Shown here one piece after another: positions 9,517 to 19,149 of a stretch of 64,000 nucleotides of DNA. Each line of letters starts with the position of its first letter. Position 1 is the first letter of the stretch. The DNA is from an uncultured Chloroflexia bacterium (GTDB lineage: Bacteria; Chloroflexota; Anaerolineae; Anaerolineales; UBA4823): contig CAVZSS010000018.1 in the NCBI GenBank assembly GCA_963777965.1, positions 64,928 through 128,927 of the forward strand, given 5' to 3'. The translations under genes and the position numbers were made by a program. The notes beneath the pieces were generated by a model. That model saw only the letters and a list, made by a program, of their open reading frames with translations. It was not told the origin of the DNA and did no database searches.

Positions 9517-9545
9517 ATTTTACCATCACCCTTAGGCTTCGTCAA
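9517..9545 (-). promoter_or_regulatory. sigma-70-like promoter for tRNA-Glu
   Basis: Minus strand TTGACG (9545..9540), 17-nt spacer, TAAAAT (9522..9517). This lies 13 nt upstream of the tRNA 5' end. Confidence 0.5.
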
Positions 9546-9616
9546 TTATAAGCCTTTAAAAATACTATAAATGTTCCTGGATCTATTTTGAATGTTTCTC
9601 AATAAGCAAGCCTGGT

Positions 9617-10861
9617 TTATTCCATAGCCCGCAAAGAAGGTCGCTGCCAGATAACCCATACCGCAAAGACGAATAAAATCAATGCGCTGATGATAACCGT
9701 AAGCGGCTCACCAATAATATCAGCTGTCCAGCCAGAGATCAGCGAGCCCAGCGGCATGGCTCCAAAAAAGAATAATGTATAAACGCCCATTACCCGACCG
9801 CGCATCTCATCTGCGATCCTGGTTTGGACCATCGAATTGGAAAGATTGACGATCATCATGAAAGCAAACCCCATTAAGGCCATGGCTAATAAAGACGGGA
9901 TCAACCATTGCATGAAGGCGAAGATGATCATCGAGATTGGCAATAGGATGCTGTTGATCGTCCATAGCTTTCCGTGCACTCGCATCCTTCCCAGGGCAGC
10001 GATCATCAGGGCTCCAATCAACGATCCAATACCCCGCGCGGCCATTAAAAATCCATTTGTCGTCGCATTGCCCCCCAAAACTTCCACGGACCAGGCCGGT
10101 ATCAGTGCTGCAATACCTAATCCCAAGAAGGTGATGATAGACAGATTGAAAATCAGCATTTTTACACTGGGATGGTTGAAGACGTATTTCAATCCCTCCT
10201 TTACGTCGCGGAAGGCACTGCTGTTGGTCAGAACTGGAGAAAATGGCTTTAATTTCATTAAAACGAGTGCAATAATCACCGCAATAAACGAAATGCCATT
10301 AATGGTAAAACACCAGCCTGGTCCAATCCAGGCATAGATCAAACCACCAAAGGCTGGTCCTAATACCATCGCTAAATTGAACATGGTTGAATTTAAGGCA
10401 ATCGCATTGGTCAGGTCCTTCCGGTCCACTATTTCGACCACGAATGCCTGCCGGGCAGGTGCGTCAAAAGCGTTACATACTCCCAGTAAAAATGCCAGGA
10501 TGAGGATGTGCCACCATTGAACCGCATTGGTAAAGGTTAAAAATGCCAGGATGAATGCCAGAACCATCATGCCGCTCTGGGTAATCACCATAAGAGTCCG
10601 CCTGGAGACTCTATCGGCTATTGCTCCGGCATATAGGGTGAATATCCAGGTTGGCAGACCATTCGCAAAACTAACATACCCAAGGTAGGCTGGGGATTTT
10701 GTTAATTCGTAGATCAGGTATCCCTGGGCAGCGGATTGTGCCCAGGTTCCAACCAGGGAGACTAATTGCCCGGCGAACCATAAACGATAATTGGGATACT
10801 TCAGCGATGTAAAAGTATTATGAAGGGAGAACTCCTGGGATACGCCCGCCTCTCGCACCAA
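9617..10861 (-). CDS. MFS transporter
   Basis: 414-aa polytopic ORF with the MFS motif-A-like GAIADRVSRRTLMV between predicted TM2 and TM3 and about 12 hydrophobic segments. TTG or GVG start. Confidence 0.85.
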   Translation of the reverse strand: MVREAGVSQEFSLHNTFTSLKYPNYRLWFAGQLVSLVGTWAQSAAQGYLIYELTKSPAYLGYVSFANGLPTWIFTLYAGAIADRVSRRTLMVITQSGMMVLAFILAFLTFTNAVQWWHILILAFLLGVCNAFDAPARQAFVVEIVDRKDLTNAIALNSTMFNLAMVLGPAFGGLIYAWIGPGWCFTINGISFIAVIIALVLMKLKPFSPVLTNSSAFRDVKEGLKYVFNHPSVKMLIFNLSIITFLGLGIAALIPAWSVEVLGGNATTNGFLMAARGIGSLIGALMIAALGRMRVHGKLWTINSILLPISMIIFAFMQWLIPSLLAMALMGFAFMMIVNLSNSMVQTRIADEMRGRVMGVYTLFFFGAMPLGSLISGWTADIIGEPLTVIISALILFVFAVWVIWQRPSLRAME

Positions 10862-10862
10862 G

Positions 10863-11939
10863 CTACTCCTCCTCGTCAGAAACTGCCAGCCATTGTGTAA
10901 TAGAGGGTAAGCTTAACAACATCAACCCGGTTATTAAGATAGCTGAAGACAGGCACCAGATACAAACTGCATGGATGACAAACAGCTCAAGGTAGGTCAG
11001 GTATATGGAAAACAGCGTACCGAACAGCGCCATTCCAAACATGGCAGGACCGGCAATCCTGGCGAGTGTATCGGTTTTAAAATGACGCCATAACCAGACA
11101 ACCAGGATGACAATATATCCGATTGCCCCGGCCAGTCCAATCGGTAATACCCCAAACAATTTTGCATATGGGCTGTTTTGGACAGCATTACAGTCGCCCA
11201 CCGGGCCGCATAAGGCGCGTGTGCTTGTAAATTCGACATAGGTCAGGTAAAGGGATACAATCAAGCCTATTATTGCGAGAACCGGGATGGCAATATCCAG
11301 CCATCGATTAACCTTGCCGATTGGCTTGCCTTGAAACGCGCGCAGGATCATCACGATCGCCAGGATTAAAGCAATTACCATGAAGACCATAATTCCCCAT
11401 GCCAGGGCCATACCAGTCGCCTTGGTCTCGTTTGCGGTTTGAGGAATAAGCTGAGACTCGGGATCAAATGATGTGAAAGCAATTCCCTTGGGTAGCATCT
11501 TGTCAGCTTGAGGTAAATCGGGGTACCCCAGCCCCCCCGTGGAGAGATGCTTTTCAACTAGTCCAGGAAATTTTTCCTGAATTTCATCTGCGCCTATCAG
11601 TGACGTGTGGTCGATGAGAAGGAATGGAACTGCAATCTGCTCCTTGGGTAGTCCTAAATCCGACCCTAATGAGTAAAGGGTATTGATATCCTCTGCACTC
11701 ACGACCTCGATCATCAGGATGTTCAATCCGGAATCATATTTTTCCTGAAGGGGTGGCAAAATATCTGTCAAAACTTGTGCGCAATTAGGGCAGCCGTTTG
11801 ACCAAAATAAGATAGCATTCACCTGGGGCTGTTCGTTTTGCAAGGCTGCTGTGCTTGCGTTGACTGGCAAACCAAACCCAAGGATGAAAACAAAAAGGAT
11901 GATTAAAGTTTTTTGCATTATAAATTTCCGATTTAGCAA
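10863..11939 (-). CDS. thioredoxin-like domain fused to vitamin K epoxide reductase (VKOR) family membrane domain
   Basis: Signal/TM segment, then a Trx-like domain with WSNGCPNCAQV, then a VKOR-like 4-5 TM core. The core has a loop Cys pair (ALCGPVGDCNAV) and the active-site CxxC (AVCIWCLSS). Confidence 0.8.
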   Translation of the reverse strand: MLNRKFIMQKTLIILFVFILGFGLPVNASTAALQNEQPQVNAILFWSNGCPNCAQVLTDILPPLQEKYDSGLNILMIEVVSAEDINTLYSLGSDLGLPKEQIAVPFLLIDHTSLIGADEIQEKFPGLVEKHLSTGGLGYPDLPQADKMLPKGIAFTSFDPESQLIPQTANETKATGMALAWGIMVFMVIALILAIVMILRAFQGKPIGKVNRWLDIAIPVLAIIGLIVSLYLTYVEFTSTRALCGPVGDCNAVQNSPYAKLFGVLPIGLAGAIGYIVILVVWLWRHFKTDTLARIAGPAMFGMALFGTLFSIYLTYLELFVIHAVCIWCLSSAILITGLMLLSLPSITQWLAVSDEEE

Positions 11940-11943
11940 ATAT

Positions 11944-11982
11944 TACCTCTCGGCTGTTCATTATGTTGAGAACCGAGAGGTA
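11944..11982 (-). terminator. 10-bp perfect hairpin downstream of the lipoprotein gene
   Basis: TACCTCTCGG ... CCGAGAGGTA with a 19-nt loop and AT-rich flanks. Confidence 0.3.
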
Positions 11983-12045
11983 GTTTATTAAAATTATAAT
12001 GCTTTTGAAAACAAGATGAATAATAAAAAATTAATCTTCAGCCAC

Positions 12046-12580
12046 CTAAGGATTATCAGAACCTACCGTCACCTGCATGAAAACCGGATCACCAAAGGGC
12101 TCTCCCTGTGGATTGTAAGCTTGCCAGGCGCTCTGATAGGTACCTGGTTCGGACGGGGCTGTAAATATTATTCGGATGGTTGCTGTAGATGCACTGCGTG
12201 CGGGATAAAGTGCCTGGTCTAAAGGAGCGCTTAATTCAGCACCAGACATGAATTTCAATCGATATTTCTCATCCCAATTACACGAACCACTATTCTCGAC
12301 CAACCAGCGCTTATCCAAAGGAGCTCCAGGTTTAACAACTGTCCCATCTGGTAGCGAAAGGTCTTCCAGGAATGTAAGATTATCCGTGCATGCTGGCGTG
12401 GATACGGGAAATGGAGTAACAGCAACTTGCGCTGTGGCAGTTGGTGTTGTGGAAACCTGAACAGGTCTGGTAACCTGGGCAACAATGGTGGGCGGACGGT
12501 ATGGTGTGGGCTGTTCACTGCAACCCGCCCCACAAAGCGAGAGAAGAGTCAGGAATAAAACGATACGCTGGGTTCCCCAT
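12046..12580 (-). CDS. secreted lipoprotein with NBR1-type Ig-like domain; start separated from body by a frame break
   Basis: The frame of ORF 12046..12318 stays open upstream through ...QRIVLFLTLLSLCGAGCSEQPTPYRPP... (lipobox) and LTFLEDLSLPDGTVVKPGAPLDKRWLVENSGSCNW (N_BRCA1_IG-like pattern). The only start (ATG 12580..12578) is one nucleotide out of frame. Removing one C from the C4 run 12575..12578 gives MGTQRIVLFLTLLSLC. Confidence 0.55.
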
Positions 12581-12663
12581 AATTTACGATACGCAATATG
12601 GAAGCCAATATTGCGTATCGATACTACAAGGTGTGACTATACTTTTAACCAATCGCCTGCTGT

Positions 12664-13746
12664 TCACAAATCTCCATCGTCTGAACTGCTTTCGTCTGCC
12701 ACACTACCGAAACCGAGGGCAGCCTCACCACTGGCAGCGCGCTCACGTACTGCCATTTCAATCTCTGACGACAATTCTTTATGTGCACGCAGGTAATCCT
12801 TGGCATTTTCGCGCCCCTGGCCAAGGCGAAGCTCTCCATAATTGAAGAAAGAACCTCTTTTGCTGATTATTTCCATTGCGGTTGCCAGGTCGAGTAAGTC
12901 GCCAGCCTTGGATATTCCTTCGTTGTACATAATGTCAAATTCGGCAGTTCGGAATGGAGGCGCAACCTTGTTTTTAACCACCCTGACCCGCGTACGGTTG
13001 CCAATGATCTCAGCCCCAAGTTTAATGGATTGGATCCTGCGGACATCAAGGCGCACCGATGCATAGAACTTCAGCGCCATACCTCCCGTGGTTGTCTCAG
13101 GGTTGCCAAACATGACTCCAATTTTCTGGCGAAGCTGGTTGGTGAAAATTACAGAAGTGTTGGTTTGCTTAATCGCCCCTGAAAGTTTACGCAAAGCCTG
13201 CGACATTAAGCGTGCCTGCATACCCATGGTGGCATCTCCCATATCACCTTCAATTTCAGCCCTGGGGACGAGTGCGGCTACCGAATTGATCACGATAACA
13301 TCAATCGCACCAGACCGGACCAGGGTTTCAGTGATTTCCAGGGCTTGTTCGCCCATATCTGGTTGTGAAATGAGCAAATTCTCCACGTCGACACCACAGC
13401 GGGAAGCATAAGTAGGGTCGAGGGCATGTTCCATATCGATATAGGCAGCGGTTCCGCCTAACTTTTGTGACTCAGCGACGATGTGCTGGCATATAGTTGT
13501 TTTACCCGATGATTCGGGGCCATAAATCTCTGTGATACGTCCGCGTGGTACCCCACCAACACCCAAAGCAATGTCCAATGACAGCGAGCCTGTAGGAATG
13601 GATTCGACAAATAGTTGGTGAGCCTCTCCCAAGCGCATGATGGAACCATCCCCATAACGCTTGGTGATGTCTCCAACCGCCTTATTCAATGCTGCCTGGC
13701 GAGCTTCATCCATTTCGGGATGCTGGGATACTGACTTTTTAGCCAT
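12664..13746 (-). CDS. recA: recombinase RecA
   Basis: 360-aa ORF with Walker [10 protein letters not shown] and the motifs [30 protein letters not shown] and [11 protein letters not shown]. Confidence 0.97.
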   Translation of the reverse strand: MAKKSVSQHPEMDEARQAALNKAVGDITKRYGDGSIMRLGEAHQLFVESIPTGSLSLDIALGVGGVPRGRITEIYGPESSGKTTICQHIVAESQKLGGTAAYIDMEHALDPTYASRCGVDVENLLISQPDMGEQALEITETLVRSGAIDVIVINSVAALVPRAEIEGDMGDATMGMQARLMSQALRKLSGAIKQTNTSVIFTNQLRQKIGVMFGNPETTTGGMALKFYASVRLDVRRIQSIKLGAEIIGNRTRVRVVKNKVAPPFRTAEFDIMYNEGISKAGDLLDLATAMEIISKRGSFFNYGELRLGQGRENAKDYLRAHKELSSEIEMAVRERAASGEAALGFGSVADESSSDDGDL

Positions 13747-13781
13747 ATGAGACGCTCCTCGTTAATTCGAATAGTGTTTAT

Positions 13782-13809
13782 AGTTTAGCACATATGTTCG
13801 ACGTGTCAA
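13782..13809 (-). promoter_or_regulatory. recA promoter with embedded LexA (Cheo-box-like) operator
   Basis: Minus strand TTGACA (13809..13804), 16-nt spacer, TAAACT (13787..13782). The spacer contains CGAACATATGTGC (13788..13800), which has one mismatch to GAAC-N4-GTTC. SD GAGGAG lies further downstream. Confidence 0.55.
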
Positions 13810-14991
13810 GGGGCTGGCGTTTCAAACGGTGCCGGGGTAAACTCGGCACCCGGTGGCGCTGGGGTTTGGGTTGATATACCCTCGTAGCCTTTGAAGGTGA
13901 AATAATTAACCATCCCTGGCAGAACATCGATTGTTGCAGAGAAATAAACACCCCCGAAAGCTATTCTGATAAGATATGTACCAGCTGGCATACCACCTAC
14001 AACCAGGTTCTCCTGATAGTATTGGTCGCTGTTTACTGAAGTTTTTCCATAAGACCAGGCGAACCAATTCTGCTCTTTTTGTTTATCAGTAACGATGATC
14101 ATTTGGTCATTTAATGGTTGACCAGCAGTATTCATCACTCGACCGGCAATCACACCCCAACCGATGGAAGGCACCAGCCATAATTCAGGATTTCGGGTAG
14201 TGAAAAAACTGTTTTCCCCAATCCGCACTTCAAAATGCAGATGTGGTCCAGTGACCATGCCTGTCTCTCCCACCAATCCTAACTGGTCACCAGTCTCCAC
14301 ATGCTGGCCATCGGCAACATCAATCCGATCTAAATGCCCATAGATTGTATATAGCATCTGGTTTTGGTAACCAAAGTCATGTCTAATCGTGACTGCCTGT
14401 CCATATGGATCTGAGGTGTCCAATCCACCCCTGTACACACCATATCCTGCCCATACAACCGTTCCTGATCCGGCCGCTAAAACGGGAGTTCCCTTGGATG
14501 CAGGGATATCCACGCCGGTGTGGACCACATCCTTGAAGAAAATCCCTCCATATCTATAGTCTGCTACCGGGAGGTTCACTTCATTGGCAGCAATAGGGCT
14601 GGCAAAGTAAAAATGATCGTATGGGGTGGGTGCCCAGGGTGTGGTGTAGAGAGGGGGCCTCCAGTCAGGGATGGGGGTTGATCCTTGCGTAGGCATTAAA
14701 ATTTGCATAGGATCAGGCACAATGGTTGAGATATGGGTTGGTGAAATTTCTGGGGGTGGTGTAGATTCTGGCATCAGGGTAACACCCGGGGTGGGAGTGG
14801 CTGGCTTGGATACAGTGGCGGATGGCCGGGCGTTAAATTTGTAGGTTGGAAATGCTGGTATAGGTGTGATCGTTTTGAGTAAATGGCTGGCAGGCAGTAA
14901 GGAAAAATATGATCGTCACTGCCTGCAGCAAGCAGATTACTTGTTTCAACCTGCCTGTTTTCCCCAGGGTCGTTTTTGTAGATGATGGCAT
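13806..14991 (-). CDS. M23 family metallopeptidase, probably a lipoprotein (ORF-track part 13806..14774; N-terminal extension needs a frame change)
   Basis: M23 motifs HTGVDI and GPHLHFEVRIG. The M23 frame is open upstream to ~14900 (KTITPIPAFPTYKFNARPSATVSKPATPTPG). A lipoprotein signal peptide MPSSTKTTLGKTGRLKQVICLLQAVTIIFFLTAC (ATG 14991) lies in the neighbouring frame. Confidence 0.8.
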
Positions 14992-15031
14992 AGGAAATGG
15001 GAAAGTAAACTCCTGTATTTCCAGATCAACC

Positions 15032-17119
15032 TCAGGGAGTTGGCGAGGCGGTCTGCATTGGCACCGGTGATGCTGGAGAGATGGTAGGGGAAACCTGGTA
15101 TGGCGTAAGGTTGGGCGAGGGGTGCTTGTGGCGGTCGGTGTAGGAGACACATACCACCGCGACGTAGGAGAGGCTGTGCGTGTGGGTGGATAAACGGGAG
15201 AAGGTGTGATCATTGTTTCTGGCGGATATATCTCGAGCATTGCGGTTTGCCAATCCAACCCGTTGGTTATTACAAATTCATTGAAACGTGTCGCTGGGTA
15301 GGAAGCCCTCCAGGTGTTAAGTGCAGGCAGTCGCTCCCATCCATAGGAACGTGCCAACGCCGTGAAATCTATCCAATAACCCGGTGGAATCGATATTTGT
15401 TTTGCGCCTCCCTGTTCATAGGTGGTTGTATCCCCGTTATTGCGGGAGTAGAAATCCCATGGTTGGTCATGCAGGGGAATACCTGCCGAACCATCCTGAT
15501 AAAGAGACCGTATGTAAATCCGCCAGTAGGTTTCTGAACCAAAATCATCTCGAATCACCACCAGCCAGCCTGCGTCTATCGGCAGCGTGTTAAGAGCATA
15601 AGCACGCCCAGTATATAACCAATCATTGCCCATGCCAGGGTCCAGTGGGGTGGTAAGAGGAACATACGCATTTTCGAGGCTGGATAGGAAATCCCAACCC
15701 GCCTCTGTGCCAATCTGCGCCCGTAAGGCCGAAAAACTTTCATCGGTCATATCGTGCAGATAGGGTTGGGGTGCCTCTACACTCGCCAAGGGTGATAGTT
15801 GGTACCGTCCACCATTATCACTTGGCTGGGCTGTCAGGACCGGATAATATATGGGAGTTGGTGTAAGCTCGGCAGCCATTTGGTAGATCACTTGCAAGGG
15901 TGTGGTTGATTCAATCTTTCCCCAGCTCAACCCGCGTAGCGCTCCAGGCAATTCAAGGGTTGGAAGCACCAAACCCGGGTATTGAGCGCGATAGGCGGTC
16001 AGGTAAACCCGGTTCGGTGCCTGTAGGCTTGTCAGGATAATTTCACCATCGGTGCTCCAGACAGGCCAATCACCACTTCCAAGGTTATGTTGTTGTACAG
16101 CAGTGAGGGTGGTGTTCGCCTCATCGGTAGGCGGAAGTCCCATTAGAAAAAGTTGGTGCAATCCATCCAGTTCACCAACCCAGACCAAGGATTGTCCATC
16201 CGGAGCCCAGGCAGGATGGGTATCTTCGCCGTTGGGATTTTGGCTTATATTCTGGAAGAGCGTCTCTTCGCTTTTATCTAGATCAGCAAGCCAAATGTCA
16301 TTTTCGCCACCGCGGTTGGATACGAAAGCGATCCGCCTGCCATCGGGTGACCAGGCTGGGCTAAAATCAGCCGCAGGGTTACTTGTAAGCTGGATGGTTT
16401 CCTCTGGAGAAGCAATAGATTGGATCCAGACATCCAGGTTTTCTTTCACATAGGCTTCATAAACAAGCCATTTGTTGTCTGGAGACCAGGCTGGTGAGGC
16501 TTCGTATTCAAGCGTGTCTGTCAGGCGCGTGATGTCACCAGTATTCAAATTTAATAAGGTATATATCCCAATAGCCGCTCCGGTTGGAGGCGAAAGCTAT
16601 GCTCTGTCCATCTGGACTGATGGCAGGGGTGATATCATCCCAGGGGCCGTAGGTTAACCTGGTAAGTGGTAGTGGCAGCCCCGCACCAACTTCTTCCGGT
16701 TGGTATGCAAACAAATGAGTATCCCCACCCTCATCCAAAGCCAGGATGATCAAACCCTGGTTTAGGGTCAGGGTGGCTAAAGGCTGAGGGCTTGCTGTAG
16801 CAGGGTCTGGTGTGGATGTGTCTGTAGATTGAGCTGTTGGTGAGGCAGTCGGTTGCCTTGTAGCTGTCACTTCGGCAGGAGTATAGGTAACACTTACTTC
16901 CATCGGAGTCTCCGATGGTTTATCTGTGCTTTCCTGGCCAGGAATGACCGATCCATTCATGAATCGGGTTATTCCATATACCCACCCACCCAGGATGAGC
17001 AGATTGATCACGACAAGCAGCAGCACACCTGCAGGAGTGATGCGTATTGTCCACCCCCTCCGTCGGCGCTGATCACGTATAGGACGGGGTGTGCTGGAAG
17101 GTTCAGATTGGCTGCTCAT
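15032..17119 (-). CDS. TolB-like PD40 beta-propeller protein with N-terminal TM anchor; frame broken at least once
   Basis: ORFs 16535..17119 and 14833..16548 join as ...SNRSGYWDIYL|LNLNTGDITRLTD... by a 1-nt shift near 16550..16558. PD40 repeats are present (SPAWSPDGRRIAFVSNRGGENDIWL etc.). The C-terminal end is uncertain: a PT-rich tail reads more plausibly in the frame ending at 15032. Confidence 0.75.
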
Positions 17120-17269
17120 AAGAGGTCGATCATCCTATTTTACCCGATGCAAGAAATGTGCACAGTCAAATTTCATCATACCCCACAAAAAGCTCTTTAC
17201 GAGATTCTTGCAGATGATATGCGCCTATTACTATTGGCTGGTTTGGAGGATTACCGATCTAGTTTTGGA

Positions 17270-17656
17270 TTAAGGAAATATAAACTTTGCTGTATGGTGG
17301 TCCACGATCATGGGATCCGGCAGCGGCACAACCACAGGGGTATCGCTCGGTTCCGGCAGCTTTTGGTAATATACGATGGACTCGAATGTATATTCATTAC
17401 CTGGTTCAGACTCGCCCATATGCATGGTAATTTCCAATTTACGTAACATGGTCTCAAGGATGCTTGTTTGTGCTACTACCTTTCCAGTCCCATTGGAGAG
17501 GATGATTTCAATATTTGGTCTCTTGATGAAAGATGTAAGCTCTAGAAAGACCTTAACCCGGTTGGTACCATGCAAAGGCGTGATTTGGCTCTGAATTAGA
17601 CGCACTTGCTCGGGAGGTAGTCGAGCTTCGTCTTGGTCCTGGAAAAAGATATCCAT
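17270..17656 (-). CDS. hypothetical protein (128 aa)
   Basis: Clean ORF in the same orientation as and closely packed with its neighbours. I recognise no motif. Confidence 0.5.
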   Translation of the reverse strand: MDIFFQDQDEARLPPEQVRLIQSQITPLHGTNRVKVFLELTSFIKRPNIEIILSNGTGKVVAQTSILETMLRKLEITMHMGESEPGNEYTFESIVYYQKLPEPSDTPVVVPLPDPMIVDHHTAKFIFP

Positions 17657-17672
17657 GGATAGGAATGCCGCC

Positions 17673-18989
17673 TCAGATTATTTCCCTGCATTCCATATAA
17701 AAACGCTTCTCATGGGCTTCGCCCATAGAAAATGTCTTGCGCGGCAGCGCTCCATCCAGGATGACAGTCCTAAACAAGTCGCTCTTATTCATCCCAGGTA
17801 AATAGAAGGCGATATTTCCAGGGGTCTTTCCAAGAGAAAGGATCACCTCTTCACCGTGTATGTAGTCAATTTTCTCGGCTCCACCATGCTTCAGAAAGTC
17901 ATCCAGGAAAGTTTGCAGGGTACCAACAGGTAAATTTGAAGTTGGGTTGGCGATTTCAATGACTCCGCATCCTTGTGGCGAGATCACCCCAATGATTTGA
18001 TGTGCACTGGTCGACTGGCAGACCCGGCTGAGCATCTCGGATTGGTCCCTGCTAGGCATAAAAGAATACCCGGATTGGAAGGAAGTCCTCATGGCTTTGA
18101 ATACATCTTGCTTTAGACCAAAAACCACACGATGGATGGGTGCAAAATCCAAACCTTCATCGTGTACGTTCTCAATTTCCACCAACGCATAACGAGACGG
18201 GTGGTCCATTCCTACCTGGGCTTTTTTCATCTCCCAAATTGCTTTAGCGGTTGCCAGTGAATGGTTGCCATCCCCCATGGCGAACAGTAGCACTGGTTGA
18301 TCCTTTGCTATATCATACTTGTTAGTGAATATCTGCGGGTTTGCCAGCTGCTCCAGGGCTTTAACCACACCAGACTCGATGGACATGTCATCCACCTGGT
18401 ACCCACTTAAATGGCCGGAACCAGCCATCAATTCAAAATCATATAACTTTCTCAGGTGGGCTTTGGATTTTCCAACCGGTTCAATCACTGTGCATTCCGG
18501 GTCATCGATCAACACCAATATGTGTGGTAGCTCCAACCTGGCGCCTTCCCTTATACGTATCCGTGGAGGCAGGCGTTCGACGATCGTCCCTTCTGTTGCA
18601 CGGATGAGCGAATGTGAGCCTTTGTTATACTCATATTGTTCCAGGTCAAGTGCCAGAACCAGACCTCTGCGCGTTTTTCCCCCCGTGAACCGTTCAACGT
18701 ACACCATGCCCTCATAGGGCACCAATAGACCATCGGACAAGTAGTTTTGCATATTTTGTTGGATATGCTGGATGCGTTCTTCTGCCCCTGGCAGATCTAG
18801 ATAAACCTCGGGGAAGACCAGGTTGAGCGTGGAAGGTGCATTACCCACAGTCTCCTCAACTGTCTTCCAGTATTCCGGTTGTGAAGTGAATTGATCACAG
18901 GCAATAACCGCCCATTTACCCAGGTCTACACCTGGGCGGGGCAAATATACACGCGGAACCTGTATGCCAAGATTAGGGTAAGACTTCAT
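17673..18989 (-). CDS. DUF1015 family protein
   Basis: Start ATG 18989 is preceded by GGGAGA. The ORF-track start at 19136 would cross the degV terminator. The segment LLFAMGDGNHSLATAKAIWE resembles the conserved DUF1015 core (family name from memory). Confidence 0.7.
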   Translation of the reverse strand: MKSYPNLGIQVPRVYLPRPGVDLGKWAVIACDQFTSQPEYWKTVEETVGNAPSTLNLVFPEVYLDLPGAEERIQHIQQNMQNYLSDGLLVPYEGMVYVERFTGGKTRRGLVLALDLEQYEYNKGSHSLIRATEGTIVERLPPRIRIREGARLELPHILVLIDDPECTVIEPVGKSKAHLRKLYDFELMAGSGHLSGYQVDDMSIESGVVKALEQLANPQIFTNKYDIAKDQPVLLFAMGDGNHSLATAKAIWEMKKAQVGMDHPSRYALVEIENVHDEGLDFAPIHRVVFGLKQDVFKAMRTSFQSGYSFMPSRDQSEMLSRVCQSTSAHQIIGVISPQGCGVIEIANPTSNLPVGTLQTFLDDFLKHGGAEKIDYIHGEEVILSLGKTPGNIAFYLPGMNKSDLFRTVILDGALPRKTFSMGEAHEKRFYMECREII

Positions 18990-19094
18990 AGTATCTCCCG
19001 AGCGTGGATGAGTTCTAGTAATTGTACCAGAGCAGCCTTTCCTGCAATTTCTGGTCGCAAGTCGCATGGATCTACCATCTATTACGATTTTACC

Positions 19095-19133
19095 TTTAAA
19101 TAAAAGGCCGCGGGTATGATTGCCCGCGGCTTT
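19095..19133 (-). terminator. intrinsic terminator of degV
   Basis: Minus strand AAAGCCGCGGG-CAATCATA-CCCGCGGCCTTTTATTT. Confidence 0.65.
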
Positions 19134-19149
19134 CATGATGATTTTTAGA

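Noticed and set aside
9080-9551. Five overlapping plus-strand ORFs encoding near-identical peptides (MPPTRFELVFRPQVPGTGMREPGFCAPNEVRTRVSASSPWNGDERAGF...)
   Set aside because: They are reading-frame artefacts of the 73-bp tandem repeat. 73 is not a multiple of 3, so all three frames cycle and stay open. The strand is antisense to the tRNA, and there is no SD or independent support.
9018-9620. Integrated mobile element at the tRNA 3' end
   Set aside because: No integrase, recombinase or transposase gene is in the window. The tRNA-derived repeats are only 73 bp apart and do not flank an island.
18990-19136. N-terminal extension of the DUF1015 ORF (487-aa version)
   Set aside because: It would run through the degV terminator hairpin. 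ATG 18989 has a GGGAGA SD, and the conserved sequence starts there.
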